Assembly (NCBI GenBank): GCA_964594215.1 | Contig: CAZQLN010000001.1 | Coordinates: 39,638-103,637 of the forward strand | Source of the DNA: an uncultured Bdellovibrionales bacterium | GTDB taxonomy: Bacteria > Patescibacteriota > Minisyncoccia > Moranbacterales > UBA1568 | DNA: 64,000 bases | Direction: 5' to 3' | Shown: positions 28,029-37,195 of the stretch, one piece after another | Layout: the number at the start of each line of letters is the position of its first letter | How positions within the stretch are numbered: the stretch's first letter is position 1 | Notes under the pieces: generated by a model | What the model saw: the letters and a program-made list of their open reading frames with translations, nothing else | Told to the model about the DNA's origin: nothing | The model's database searches: none | Position numbers and translations under genes: made by a program

Positions 28029-29816
28029 ATGCGTACATGTCGAACCGGTCGCAAGCAAGGACCCCTCAATACTAGCGCTCTCACCTCTTTCGATTCTCGG
28101 AAGAGAGTGGTATTTTTGAGAATGGTATTTCTTCTTACGGGAGGGCTCATTTTTTTTCGATTATTTTTTTTACAAGTCGCTACTCACGATAAATGGGTGG
28201 CTCTGGCATTTGACTTACACCAAGCGGAAATAGAAATCACCGCTGACCGAGGAGAGGTTTTTATTCAGGATGGTGATCACACCTACCCTTTAGCTGTCAA
28301 TCGAGAATATCCTACAGTCTATCTTGTTCCTAAGGAGGTAGTTGAAAAAGACAAAATCGCCAATGAACTTTCACGCATTCTTCAGGTAGATCGAGACTTA
28401 CTTCTTTATAAGATGAGTAATCCCGAGGATCCATTTGAGATAGTTAAGAAAAAAGTTTCTGAAGACGAAAAGCGCCAGATCGAGGATTTGAAGCTAGCTG
28501 GAGTGCGTTTCCTAGGAGAAAAGTATCGCTATTATCCAGCCGGAGAACTCGCTTCTCATGTGATTGGTTTTGCCAGCATCCAAGATAATGGCCGAAGTAA
28601 AGCGGGGGGGTATGGTATCGAAGCTTCACTGGATAATCTACTTCGTGGCACGACGGGTAATTTGCGGCAAGAAAAAGACGCTGCCGGTCGTTGGTTGCCA
28701 CTGACTGATCGCGAGCTGACTAATGCAGAGAAGGGGGCTAATATAGAGCTAACTCTTGATCGTAACATTCAGTTTGAAACTGAAAAAATCATGCATGACG
28801 CTGTGGAGAAATACGCATCGGACAGGGCAAGTGCTATCGTTATGGATCCCAAGACAGGAAGAATCCTTGCTATGGCTTCCTCGCCACAGTTTGATCCGAA
28901 TCGCTATCGAGAAGTAGAAAACTATGCTGACTTTCTCAACACCACTCTTTCATTGGCCTACGAACCAGGTTCGATCATGAAACCAATTACGATGGCTATT
29001 GGTCTTGAGGAAGGTAAGGTAACTCCAGACAGTGAATTCAATGACCCGGGCACTATCTCTATCGGTGGCTACAATATCCATAACGCAGAAGAAAAAACCT
29101 ACGGTCAGAGTTCGATGTATAAGGTATTGGAACAGTCTATCAATACCGGAGTAATCTATGTGGAGCGTCAGGTAGGCAACGAGGCTTACCGTGACTATAT
29201 GAAGCGTTTTGGGTTTGGAGAGAAGACAGGTATAGAACTTCCAGCAGAACTCCCTGGAGATATCCGTAGTCTTGAGCGGACTAAGCAGGATATTCAGTTT
29301 TACACAGCTTCCTTTGGTCAGGGTATTACGACTACTCCGATACAGATGGTTCAGGCCTATGGAGCAATGGCTAATCATGGTGTCCTTATGAGGCCACAGA
29401 TTATCCGGCGTATCCAGTATGCTGATGGTCGTGTAGAGGAACGGGAACCAGAGCGTATTCGTCAAGTATTAGGAGAGAAGGCGAGTGAGGATATTGGTAA
29501 GATGCTTCGAACCGTAGTAACACGGGGTCATGGTAAGCGAGCTGATGTACCCGGTTATCTCGTTGGTGGTAAGACAGGTACTGCTCAGGTGGCCAAGAGT
29601 GGGAGCGCGGGTTACGAAGAGGGTATTACTATTGGATCGTTTGTCGGTTATGCACCTATTCAAGATCCAAAATTTGTTGTTCTCGTCAAATTAGATAATC
29701 CGAAAAACGTTGAGTGGGCTGAATCAAGTGCGGCACCAGCTTTTGGTGAAATTATGCGTTTTCTCCTCGAGTACGCTAAAGTAGAACCTACTGAAGATAC
29801 TCCCGTTAAGAACTAA
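28029..29816 (+). CDS. ftsI: Peptidoglycan D,D-transpeptidase (class B PBP, FtsI-like)
   Basis: Track start 28005 is TTG; first ATG at 28029. SxxK (GSIMKP), SxN and KTGT motifs. Dimerisation domain plus transpeptidase. Confidence 0.9.
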   Translation: MRTCRTGRKQGPLNTSALTSFDSRKRVVFLRMVFLLTGGLIFFRLFFLQVATHDKWVALAFDLHQAEIEITADRGEVFIQDGDHTYPLAVNREYPTVYLVPKEVVEKDKIANELSRILQVDRDLLLYKMSNPEDPFEIVKKKVSEDEKRQIEDLKLAGVRFLGEKYRYYPAGELASHVIGFASIQDNGRSKAGGYGIEASLDNLLRGTTGNLRQEKDAAGRWLPLTDRELTNAEKGANIELTLDRNIQFETEKIMHDAVEKYASDRASAIVMDPKTGRILAMASSPQFDPNRYREVENYADFLNTTLSLAYEPGSIMKPITMAIGLEEGKVTPDSEFNDPGTISIGGYNIHNAEEKTYGQSSMYKVLEQSINTGVIYVERQVGNEAYRDYMKRFGFGEKTGIELPAELPGDIRSLERTKQDIQFYTASFGQGITTTPIQMVQAYGAMANHGVLMRPQIIRRIQYADGRVEEREPERIRQVLGEKASEDIGKMLRTVVTRGHGKRADVPGYLVGGKTGTAQVAKSGSAGYEEGITIGSFVGYAPIQDPKFVVLVKLDNPKNVEWAESSAAPAFGEIMRFLLEYAKVEPTEDTPVKN

Positions 29817-29824
29817 ATACTGTT

Positions 29825-31144
29825 ATGTCACGACTTCTCCTCCAAAAAATGCTTCGCTTCATGGCCAGTACGGTCCTCATGAAGTATAAGCCAGAAATAG
29901 TAGGGATTACCGGTTCTATCGGTAAGAGCTCTACCAAAGAAGCTATTGCTCTTGTGCTTGAGCCGCATTTTCGAGTGCGTAAGAATGAGGGTAATTATAA
30001 TAATGAAATTGGTATCCCGCTTACTATTCTTGGTTGTAAGAGCGGGGGACGTTCGTTCATCGCCTGGCTTGGGATTATTCGACGTTGGTTTGCGTTGATT
30101 CTCTTTCCTCAGAGTTACCCAGAAATCCTTATTCTTGAAATGGGCATCGATCGTAAAGGAGATATGGATTATTTACTTTCTTTTGTACCTGTTTCTATTG
30201 GCGTAGCCACTCATGTGTCAGGTAGCCATCTAAAGAATTTTGGCAGCATCGCTAATATCGCCAAAGAAAAACGTAAATTGATTAAGCGGTTGCCGATGAC
30301 AGGTTACGCGATTCTCAATGCCGATAATGAATGGACAAGAAAAATGGAAGAGGTGACTGACGCTGAAGTCATTACGTATGGGTTTGTCGACACAGCAGAT
30401 ATTCGGGTAGACAATCTACTGTTTCATGGAGATGCGAGCAGTGTAGAAGGTTTTAGTTTCAAGTTGAACTATAAAGGGAAATCGGTGCCAATGCGTTTGC
30501 CGGTACTCCTCGCGAAACACCTTATTCCTTCAGTTCTGGCGGCGGTGGGTGTGGGTGTGGCGCTTAAACTTAATCTTGTAGAGATTGCACGATCTCTCGA
30601 GAGCTTCAAGTCTCTCCCAGGGCGTATGCACATGTTTCTCGGTATCAATAATTCTCGTATCATTGATGATACCTACAATGCCTCGCCAGCTTCAATGCGT
30701 GCCGCTATTACTACCTTGGCGCATATCCAGGCACCACGTAAAGGTGTGATTTTAGGAGATATGCTGGAACTTGGAGAGAAGAGCGATGAGGAGCACGCAA
30801 GTTTTGCTACTGATATCAAGCGAGCCAATGTATCTTTCGCATTGCTTGTAGGTCAGCATATGCACGCACTTTACCAAACTCTTCGCGAGAGCGGCTTTTC
30901 GGAAAAACAAGTGATGTGGTTTCCTGATCCAATGAGCGCGAGTGATTATGCTGTCGAGGTGGTACGAGCAGGAGATGTAGTTCTAATCAAAGGATCTCAA
31001 GGCGTACGCATGGAATTGGTGGTGGAGCGTCTGCTTGCTCAGCCGGAATTAGCATCGACATTGCTCTGCCGTCAAAGTGAAGTATGGAAGAAAATTCTGT
31101 TTACAGCACCAGAGGAGTGGCAAGACAAATCTAACTCGGCGTAA
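29825..31144 (+). CDS. murF: Mur ligase, MurF-like (UDP-MurNAc-tripeptide--D-Ala-D-Ala ligase)
   Basis: GITGSIGKSSTKE P-loop. DTYNASPASM and DMLELGE are typical of MurF. Confidence 0.8.
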   Translation: MSRLLLQKMLRFMASTVLMKYKPEIVGITGSIGKSSTKEAIALVLEPHFRVRKNEGNYNNEIGIPLTILGCKSGGRSFIAWLGIIRRWFALILFPQSYPEILILEMGIDRKGDMDYLLSFVPVSIGVATHVSGSHLKNFGSIANIAKEKRKLIKRLPMTGYAILNADNEWTRKMEEVTDAEVITYGFVDTADIRVDNLLFHGDASSVEGFSFKLNYKGKSVPMRLPVLLAKHLIPSVLAAVGVGVALKLNLVEIARSLESFKSLPGRMHMFLGINNSRIIDDTYNASPASMRAAITTLAHIQAPRKGVILGDMLELGEKSDEEHASFATDIKRANVSFALLVGQHMHALYQTLRESGFSEKQVMWFPDPMSASDYAVEVVRAGDVVLIKGSQGVRMELVVERLLAQPELASTLLCRQSEVWKKILFTAPEEWQDKSNSA

Positions 31145-31175
31145 GACGGTATTGCCGGGGGAGAGGATTCTTTGT

Positions 31176-31670
31176 ATGATAAAGAAGAAGGGGGAACTCA
31201 TTAAATCAGTAACTAATGTAATTCTTAGTACAAGACGTATGACAGAGAATGAAAAAGACAGGGAGTTTGTAGAGTATGTTGTGAAGATGCTCGTTGATAA
31301 ACCAGAAGATGTCAAGGTGGAACGTAAGATCGATGAAATGGGCGTACTGATTACTCTTGATGTGAACCCGCAAGATATGGGTATGGTAATTGGTCGTGAA
31401 GGAATGACTGCCAAGGCTCTTCGTACTTTACTTCGTGTCATTGGTGCTCGCAACAATGCCCGAGTAAATCTCAAGATCAATGAACCAGAAGGGAGTACTC
31501 GTCCACCGCGTGAACCAAGAGAGAACCGAGAAAACCGCGAGCCACGAGATAACAGGGAATCAAGTGATGGGGAGGATCGTGGTACAGTCAACGATATTCC
31601 GCCACGTGAACCAGAAGCTCCTGCAGAGAAGCGTAGTCTCGACGACGTCATGAACGATATCCAGATCTAG
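31176..31670 (+). CDS. KH-domain RNA-binding protein (KhpA-like) with R/E/P/N-rich repetitive tail
   Basis: FVEYVVKMLVDKPEDVKVE...MVIGREGMTAKALRTLL KH fold with GxxG. Tail REPRENRENREPRDNRE. An alternative ATG at 31239 is possible. Confidence 0.65.
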   Translation: MIKKKGELIKSVTNVILSTRRMTENEKDREFVEYVVKMLVDKPEDVKVERKIDEMGVLITLDVNPQDMGMVIGREGMTAKALRTLLRVIGARNNARVNLKINEPEGSTRPPREPRENRENREPRDNRESSDGEDRGTVNDIPPREPEAPAEKRSLDDVMNDIQI

Positions 31671-31694
31671 ATATAAGAGTACAAGTTTCAAAAA

Positions 31695-31718
31695 GGCGCC
31701 CAAATTGGGCGTTTTTTG
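31695..31718 (+). terminator. Rho-independent terminator
   Basis: GGCGCCCAAATTGGGCG followed by TTTTTTG. Confidence 0.65.
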
Positions 31719-31776
31719 TATCTACTAAGAACTATTGACAAAAGAGTAAAAATATGCTAATATAGGAGGTCAATCA

Positions 31777-32478
31777 TTGATTGATGCCTATGACGCAGAG
31801 GGTGTCATAGAGGAAGGGGAGTTAGAGTACATGAACAATTCTGTAGTAGGAGTTTCTCAGTCTGGCCTTGAAAAGCTTGGCTGGAACAGGGGAGAAGGTG
31901 ACGTCCTTCTCATCAATCCCACCAAGGGCAAGGTGATACAGGTCGCCGTGGTGAAGCCGGACGGCTCGCCTATTTACGACCAGTTTCTCCACGCGGAACC
32001 GATCGGTGCCATTACGGTACCAGTCAATTCCAGGGGTGAAATCGGAATCGTTACGGCCTGGCGTTGGACGGCTGATCCGGATCTTTACGACTACGAAACG
32101 ATCGAGGACAACCTCGATATTATCGGACGCGAATCCGTTGAGGTGCCACGGGGTTTTCCCATGAAGGGAGAGGCTGCGGCGCAGACGGCGGCTCGCGAAG
32201 GAGGAGAAGAACTGGGTAGCCCAGTCACTTCGGTAACTCCGATTGGCGTTGTCACCGCCAATACAGCATTCAATCCGCATCAAATACCGGTATACCTGGC
32301 GGTGGTCGATGAGACCTTTGAAGGGGATATCCCTGGCGATGTTAATGAGAGTATTCTCAAGGTCACCTGGGTTTCACCGGCCGAAATCTTCGCCAAAATT
32401 CAAGGTAAGGAGGTCTACTGCGGACTGACGCTTTCGGCCATCATGCTCGCTTTTGCACATGGTGCCGTGTCGCTCTAA
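31777..32478 (+). CDS. NUDIX hydrolase (GC-rich, TTG start)
   Basis: Exact Nudix box G-x5-E-x7-REGGEELG (GFPMKGEAAAQTAAREGGEELG). TTG start with RBS AGGAGG 7 nt upstream. GC is higher than the flanks. Confidence 0.7.
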   Translation: MIDAYDAEGVIEEGELEYMNNSVVGVSQSGLEKLGWNRGEGDVLLINPTKGKVIQVAVVKPDGSPIYDQFLHAEPIGAITVPVNSRGEIGIVTAWRWTADPDLYDYETIEDNLDIIGRESVEVPRGFPMKGEAAAQTAAREGGEELGSPVTSVTPIGVVTANTAFNPHQIPVYLAVVDETFEGDIPGDVNESILKVTWVSPAEIFAKIQGKEVYCGLTLSAIMLAFAHGAVSL

Positions 32479-32489
32479 GGAGCATTTGG

Positions 32490-32566
32490 GGCGGAGGGAT
32501 CACTGATCTCTCCGCCTCAAACCATTTCTACCACTTTCTGTACTTTCAGAAGGTGGTTTTTTCTTT
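32490..32566 (+). terminator. Tandem terminators after the NUDIX gene (13-bp near-perfect palindrome, then a stem-loop with T-tract)
   Basis: GGCGGAGGGATCAcTGATCTCTCCGCC at 32490-32516. ACCACTTTCTG...CAGAAGGTGGT then TTTTTTCTTTT at 32530-32566. Confidence 0.6.
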
Positions 32567-32594
32567 TGCCAAGAAGTCGTTTTTTGGCTATAAT
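32566..32594 (+). promoter_or_regulatory. Promoter TTGCCA-17-TATAAT for the rfb cluster
   Basis: -35 at 32566-32571, -10 at 32589-32594, 17-nt spacer. Confidence 0.5.
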
Positions 32595-32614
32595 GCTATT
32601 GATTTATCAGATTA

Positions 32615-33655
32615 ATGGAACTTTTTATGAATCTTCTTGTTTGTGGTGGAGCTGGTTTTATCGGCTCAAATTTTGTCAGATACATGCTCGAGACATACCC
32701 AGACATTAAGCTTGTTAACTATGACAAGCTTACCTATGCAGGGAACCTTGAAAATCTAAGCGACATTGATACGCTTCCAAACTATACTTTTATTCAGGGG
32801 GACATCATTGATCTTGAGCGTTTGAACGAGGTGATGAAACAGCATGAAATCACGCATGTGATCAACTTTGCTGCCGAAACCCACGTAGATCGGTCTATTC
32901 ATGGAGGGGCCAAAGAGTTTGTCATGACCAATACTTTAGGAGTGCAGATGATTCTAGATGCTGTTCGTGAGAATGAGATTGAGAAGTTTGTGAATGTTTC
33001 CACCGATGAGGTCTATGGAGCCCTTGAACTTGATGCTGAAGACTTGTTTACGGAAGATACACCGATTATGCCTAACATGCCTTACGCAGCAGCGAAGGCG
33101 GGGGGTGATCTTATGTGTAACGCTTACTATGTGACTCATGGTGTACCAGTCGTAGTCACCCACTGTTCCAATAACTATGGACCATACCAGTTTCCAGAAA
33201 AGCTGATTCCATATTTTGTTTTTAAACTAATGGCTGGTGAAAAAGTACCTATCTACGGAGACGGTCTCAATGTTCGTGATTGGATACATGTTCGTGATCA
33301 TGCTAAGGCTTTGGACCTTTTACTTCGCAAAGGTAAGCCGGGCGAGGTCTACAATATTGGCTCAGATAATGAGCGCAATAACAAAGAGATCACACACATG
33401 CTTCTCAAGATTCTTGGTAAGGATGAGAGTAGTATTGAATATGTCAAAGATCGTCCAGGCCATGACCGTCGTTACGGGATTGATGCTACGAAAATTACTG
33501 ATCTTGGTTGGACGCCAGATTATCCGCGTGAGAAGTTCGAAGAAGGACTCCATGATACGGTACAGTGGTACTTACAAAATACTGACTGGGTAGATAATTT
33601 AAACAAACGCAAAGAAGAAATGAATTCTTGGCAAGAGAGTTTCCTTAAGAAATAA
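32615..33655 (+). CDS. rfbB: dTDP-glucose 4,6-dehydratase
   Basis: GGAGFIGSNFVRY Rossmann motif. YxxxK region. Matches the RmlB family throughout. An alternative ATG at 32627 is possible. Confidence 0.95.
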   Translation: MELFMNLLVCGGAGFIGSNFVRYMLETYPDIKLVNYDKLTYAGNLENLSDIDTLPNYTFIQGDIIDLERLNEVMKQHEITHVINFAAETHVDRSIHGGAKEFVMTNTLGVQMILDAVRENEIEKFVNVSTDEVYGALELDAEDLFTEDTPIMPNMPYAAAKAGGDLMCNAYYVTHGVPVVVTHCSNNYGPYQFPEKLIPYFVFKLMAGEKVPIYGDGLNVRDWIHVRDHAKALDLLLRKGKPGEVYNIGSDNERNNKEITHMLLKILGKDESSIEYVKDRPGHDRRYGIDATKITDLGWTPDYPREKFEEGLHDTVQWYLQNTDWVDNLNKRKEEMNSWQESFLKK

Positions 33656-33667
33656 TACTGTAAAGAT

Positions 33668-34081
33668 ATGGATTTAGTGTACAAGATATCACAGGTCAAA
33701 AGCATCCAAGCGCCAAATTTTATCATGCATCCAGCGGAACTCAAGGACTTCATTGATTTTGAGGTGAAGCGCATTTACTATATCACTGATACTACTGGCG
33801 CTACTGGCGCCCACTGTCACCTCCAAGAAAATGAACTCTTTGTCTTGATCCAAGGCACATGTGTGGCCGTAGTAGATCAGGGACAAGGACTTGAAGAAAT
33901 TCCTATGGTGCAAAACGATGCTCACTATGTGGGTAACTATGTTTGGCATCATTTTAAGGACTTTTCGTCAGATGCCGTACTTTTAGCACTCTCATCTACC
34001 AACTATAACCCTGATCGTAGTGATTATATTGAAGATTACGATACTTATTTGACCACTCGCAAGGAAAAATTTGGGGTGTAG
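33668..34081 (+). CDS. WxcM-like cupin (sugar 3,4-ketoisomerase FdtA family)
   Basis: GATGAHCH...FVLIQG...YVWHHFKDFSSDAVLLALSS...DYIEDY matches the WxcM/FdtA cupin pattern (RGxHAH, WH, FS.D.VLL). Confidence 0.65.
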   Translation: MDLVYKISQVKSIQAPNFIMHPAELKDFIDFEVKRIYYITDTTGATGAHCHLQENELFVLIQGTCVAVVDQGQGLEEIPMVQNDAHYVGNYVWHHFKDFSSDAVLLALSSTNYNPDRSDYIEDYDTYLTTRKEKFGV

Positions 34082-34193
34082 GATTTTGGTGGAAATTAGC
34101 AAAAAAGCATCTTCCCGGATGCTTTTTTCATTTGAATTCCAACCTTTAAAGCAATCTGGTATAATGACCTAGTTAGCCTTTGAATATACATGT

Positions 34194-35126
34194 ATGGCAG
34201 AAAAAGTAGTGGTCTTAGGTAGTTTAGGGATGCTTGGTCAGGAGCTGACTGATTTGTTTGTGCACGACCCTCGTTATGAGGTGGTTGCCTGGGATAAGAA
34301 TGATGTAGATGTGACTGATTTTGCGACTCTTAGAGAAAAGCTCACTGAAGTACATCCGAGTATTATTTTTAACTGCGTGGCGTATAATGCGGTAGACTTA
34401 GCAGAGGAGAATGATGAAGAATATCAGAAGGCTCTTCTCTTGAATCGTGATGTGCCCGGAGAGTTGGCTGTCATTGCCAATGATCTTGATGCTACACTTA
34501 TTCATTTTTCTTCTGACTATGTCTTTGATGGCACTATCGAAGAAAAGAAAAGCGGCGGAGGTTGTGGCAACAGTTCATGTTGTGGCGGTAACTGTCATGG
34601 TGGCGGAGAGAAAGGTTATGGTGAAGGAGCTTTTCCGAATCCCACCTCACGTTATGCTGAGAGCAAGGCTTTAGGTGAACAAGCGGTGGTCATGAATGCT
34701 AAAAAATACTATTTGGTACGCCTCTCGAAACTTTTTGGTAAACCAGGGATTTCCGAGGCTGCCAAACGAAGCTTTTTTGACGTCATGCTTGAGGCTGGTA
34801 AGAACAAACCAGAAGTGCAGGTGGTTGATAGTGAGAAGAGTTGTTTCACCTATGCTCCAGATTTGGCTATGGCCGTCAAAGATCTTATCGAAGATGGTGA
34901 TCAGTATGGTATTTACCATCTTCCTAATACGGGCGCTGTTACCTGGTATGAGGCTGTCCAAGAACTTTATCGTCAAGCAGGACTGACTACCACCATTACC
35001 CCAGTCACGCCAGAGGCCTTCCCGCGAGCAGCTTCGCGTCCAGTATTTTCAGCGCTTATCAATACCAAGCGTCCACCACTACGTCGTTATGAAGTAGCGT
35101 TAGCAGAATATCTGTCCGATAAATAA
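34194..35126 (+). CDS. rfbD: dTDP-4-dehydrorhamnose reductase-like (RmlD family) with Cys/Gly-rich insertion
   Basis: VLGSLGMLG Rossmann motif. FSSDYVFDG and YAESKALGE (YxxxK) motifs. About 25 aa, KKSGGGCGNSSCCGGNCHGGGEKGYGEG, inserted between them. Extended -10 TGGTATAAT at 34158-34166. Confidence 0.8.
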   Translation: MAEKVVVLGSLGMLGQELTDLFVHDPRYEVVAWDKNDVDVTDFATLREKLTEVHPSIIFNCVAYNAVDLAEENDEEYQKALLLNRDVPGELAVIANDLDATLIHFSSDYVFDGTIEEKKSGGGCGNSSCCGGNCHGGGEKGYGEGAFPNPTSRYAESKALGEQAVVMNAKKYYLVRLSKLFGKPGISEAAKRSFFDVMLEAGKNKPEVQVVDSEKSCFTYAPDLAMAVKDLIEDGDQYGIYHLPNTGAVTWYEAVQELYRQAGLTTTITPVTPEAFPRAASRPVFSALINTKRPPLRRYEVALAEYLSDK

Positions 35127-35138
35127 TAGTAGACCTCT

Positions 35139-36386
35139 ATGAAAAAACCCTTTCTCCAAAAACAAGATCCCAAAGTCTACGAAGCCATCCTTGCTGAAGA
35201 AAAGCGTCAGCGCAACGGTCTTGAGATGATTGCTTCTGAAAATTATGTTTCCGAAGCAGTCTTAGAAACGCTCGGAAGTATTTTTACGAATAAATATTCG
35301 GAGGGCTATCCAGGCAAGCGTTACTATGGAGGTCAAGAATACACTGACGTGATAGAAAGTCTGGCACGCGAGAGAGCTCAGAAAATTTTTGGGGCTGAAC
35401 ACGCTAATGTCCAACCACTTTCTGGTGCACCAGCCAACATCGCTGCCTATGCGGCCCTTCTTGAACCAGGGGACTGTATTTTGGGCATGGATCTCTCTCA
35501 TGGCGGACATTTGACTCATGGTCATCCAGCTACCACGATGACTAAGGTTTATCGCTTTGTACGCTACAAGACTGAACCGGACGGTACTATTGATTATGCA
35601 AAACTTCTCAAATTAGCTAAGAAAGAAAAACCAAAACTTATCTTGGCTGGCTTTTCTTCATACACACGAGCTTTGGACTATGCCAAGTTTGCTTCTATTG
35701 CCAAAGCAGTGGGAGCGAGAAGTATGATGGACATGGCTCACATCGCCGGTCTTGTAGCCGCTAAGGTAGTCCCAAGTCCTGTGCCTCATTTTGATGTGGT
35801 AACGCTTACCACTCACAAATCACTGCGCGGGCCGCGTGGGGGTATGATTCTCTGCAAGAAAGAATTTGCCAAAGCAGTAGATAAGGCTGTGTTTCCAGGT
35901 ATTCAGGGGGGACCTCATATGAACAACATTGCTGCCAAGGCAGTGGCTTTTGGGGAAGTTCTAAGCCCAGGTTTCAAGAAGTATGGTAAACAGATGCTGA
36001 AGAATGCCAAGACTTTGGAAAAAACTTTCCGTAAGCACGGGGGAGCAATTCTCTTTGGCGGCACTGAAAACCATATGATCATGCTTGATGTGATGACTAC
36101 GTACGGTATTACAGGTCGTGTTGCTGAAGAGCGTCTGGACGCTATTGGAATTACAGTGAACAAAAACGTGATCCCCGACGATCCTCGTGGGCCGATGGAT
36201 CCTAGCGGAATCAGAGTGGGCGTGCCAGCGTTGACTACGCGTAATATGAAAGAAAGGGAAGTGCAACAGATAGCTCTTTGGATGCATGAAGCCATGCAGA
36301 CAGATGATACCAAGCTTCAACAAGCTCTTCGCAAGAAAGTGACTACTCTGTGTAAAAAATTCCCAGTCCCTAAAAAATTTATTTAA
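35139..36386 (+). CDS. glyA: Serine hydroxymethyltransferase
   Basis: LEMIASENYVS, the PLP-Lys region THKSLRGPRGG, and a full-length SHMT match. Confidence 0.97.
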   Translation: MKKPFLQKQDPKVYEAILAEEKRQRNGLEMIASENYVSEAVLETLGSIFTNKYSEGYPGKRYYGGQEYTDVIESLARERAQKIFGAEHANVQPLSGAPANIAAYAALLEPGDCILGMDLSHGGHLTHGHPATTMTKVYRFVRYKTEPDGTIDYAKLLKLAKKEKPKLILAGFSSYTRALDYAKFASIAKAVGARSMMDMAHIAGLVAAKVVPSPVPHFDVVTLTTHKSLRGPRGGMILCKKEFAKAVDKAVFPGIQGGPHMNNIAAKAVAFGEVLSPGFKKYGKQMLKNAKTLEKTFRKHGGAILFGGTENHMIMLDVMTTYGITGRVAEERLDAIGITVNKNVIPDDPRGPMDPSGIRVGVPALTTRNMKEREVQQIALWMHEAMQTDDTKLQQALRKKVTTLCKKFPVPKKFI

Positions 36387-36393
36387 ACAAATT

Positions 36394-37191
36394 ATGAAAG
36401 GCATTATTCTCGCCGGTGGTACTGGCACAAGGCTTCTCCCAGCAACAGCTGTAGTTTCTAAACAACTACTTCCAGTCTATGATCGGCCAATGATTTTTTA
36501 TCCATTGAATACGCTCATCAAAGCAGGGATTCGAGATATCCTAGTCATTGTTTCTCCAGACCACTCAGGGAATTATCTTAATCTTCTAGGATCACTTCTT
36601 GAGAAATACGGTGTGCGCATGAGTTTTATCGTGCAACGCAGTCCACGCGGCTTGGCGGATGCCTATATTTTGGCTGAAGACTTTCTTGATGGAGAGCCGA
36701 GTGTCATGATTCTTGGTGATAATATCTTTGAAGATGATTTTACTGAAGCCATAAAAACTTTTGAGAAGGGTGGCCGTATTTTTGCTGTTAAAGTCTCGGA
36801 CGCTGAACGTTTTGGGGTTGTGGAATTTCATCCAGAAAATCAGACAGTTATTTCTATCGAAGAAAAGCCAGCAACACCTAAGAGTGACTACGCTATCCCC
36901 GGACTTTATATTTTTGATGGTCGAGCTTCAGCTATTGCTAAAACTCTCACCCCGTCGGCTCGTGGAGAAATTGAGATCGTTGATATTCACAAAAGTTATC
37001 TCAAAGACAATGAACTCGATGTTCGTGTGACTGAAGGCGCCTGGTTTGATACAGGAACTCACGACTCACTTCTCGAAGCAAGTGTTTTTGCCAAAGAGCA
37101 TGAATTAGGTAAGAATTTCGATCCGATATTGATAGAAGCACTTGAAGAACATAACAAAGAAATTAAAAGATACGTCGCCCTCAAACAATAA
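36394..37191 (+). CDS. rfbA: Glucose-1-phosphate thymidylyltransferase
   Basis: GIILAGGTGTRLLPAT...KQLLPVYDRPMIFYPL signature of RmlA. Confidence 0.9.
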   Translation: MKGIILAGGTGTRLLPATAVVSKQLLPVYDRPMIFYPLNTLIKAGIRDILVIVSPDHSGNYLNLLGSLLEKYGVRMSFIVQRSPRGLADAYILAEDFLDGEPSVMILGDNIFEDDFTEAIKTFEKGGRIFAVKVSDAERFGVVEFHPENQTVISIEEKPATPKSDYAIPGLYIFDGRASAIAKTLTPSARGEIEIVDIHKSYLKDNELDVRVTEGAWFDTGTHDSLLEASVFAKEHELGKNFDPILIEALEEHNKEIKRYVALKQ

Positions 37192-37195
37192 CCAT

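Noticed and set aside
31049-31651. 200-aa minus-strand ORF rich in S/R/L antisense to murF 3' end and the KH-protein gene
   Set aside because: Low-complexity composition typical of antisense frames of charged-repeat coding DNA. It fully overlaps two well-supported + strand genes.
35961-36428. 155-aa minus-strand ORF (plus 35915..36313) antisense to glyA
   Set aside because: Overlaps the highly conserved glyA coding sequence and has no independent signals.
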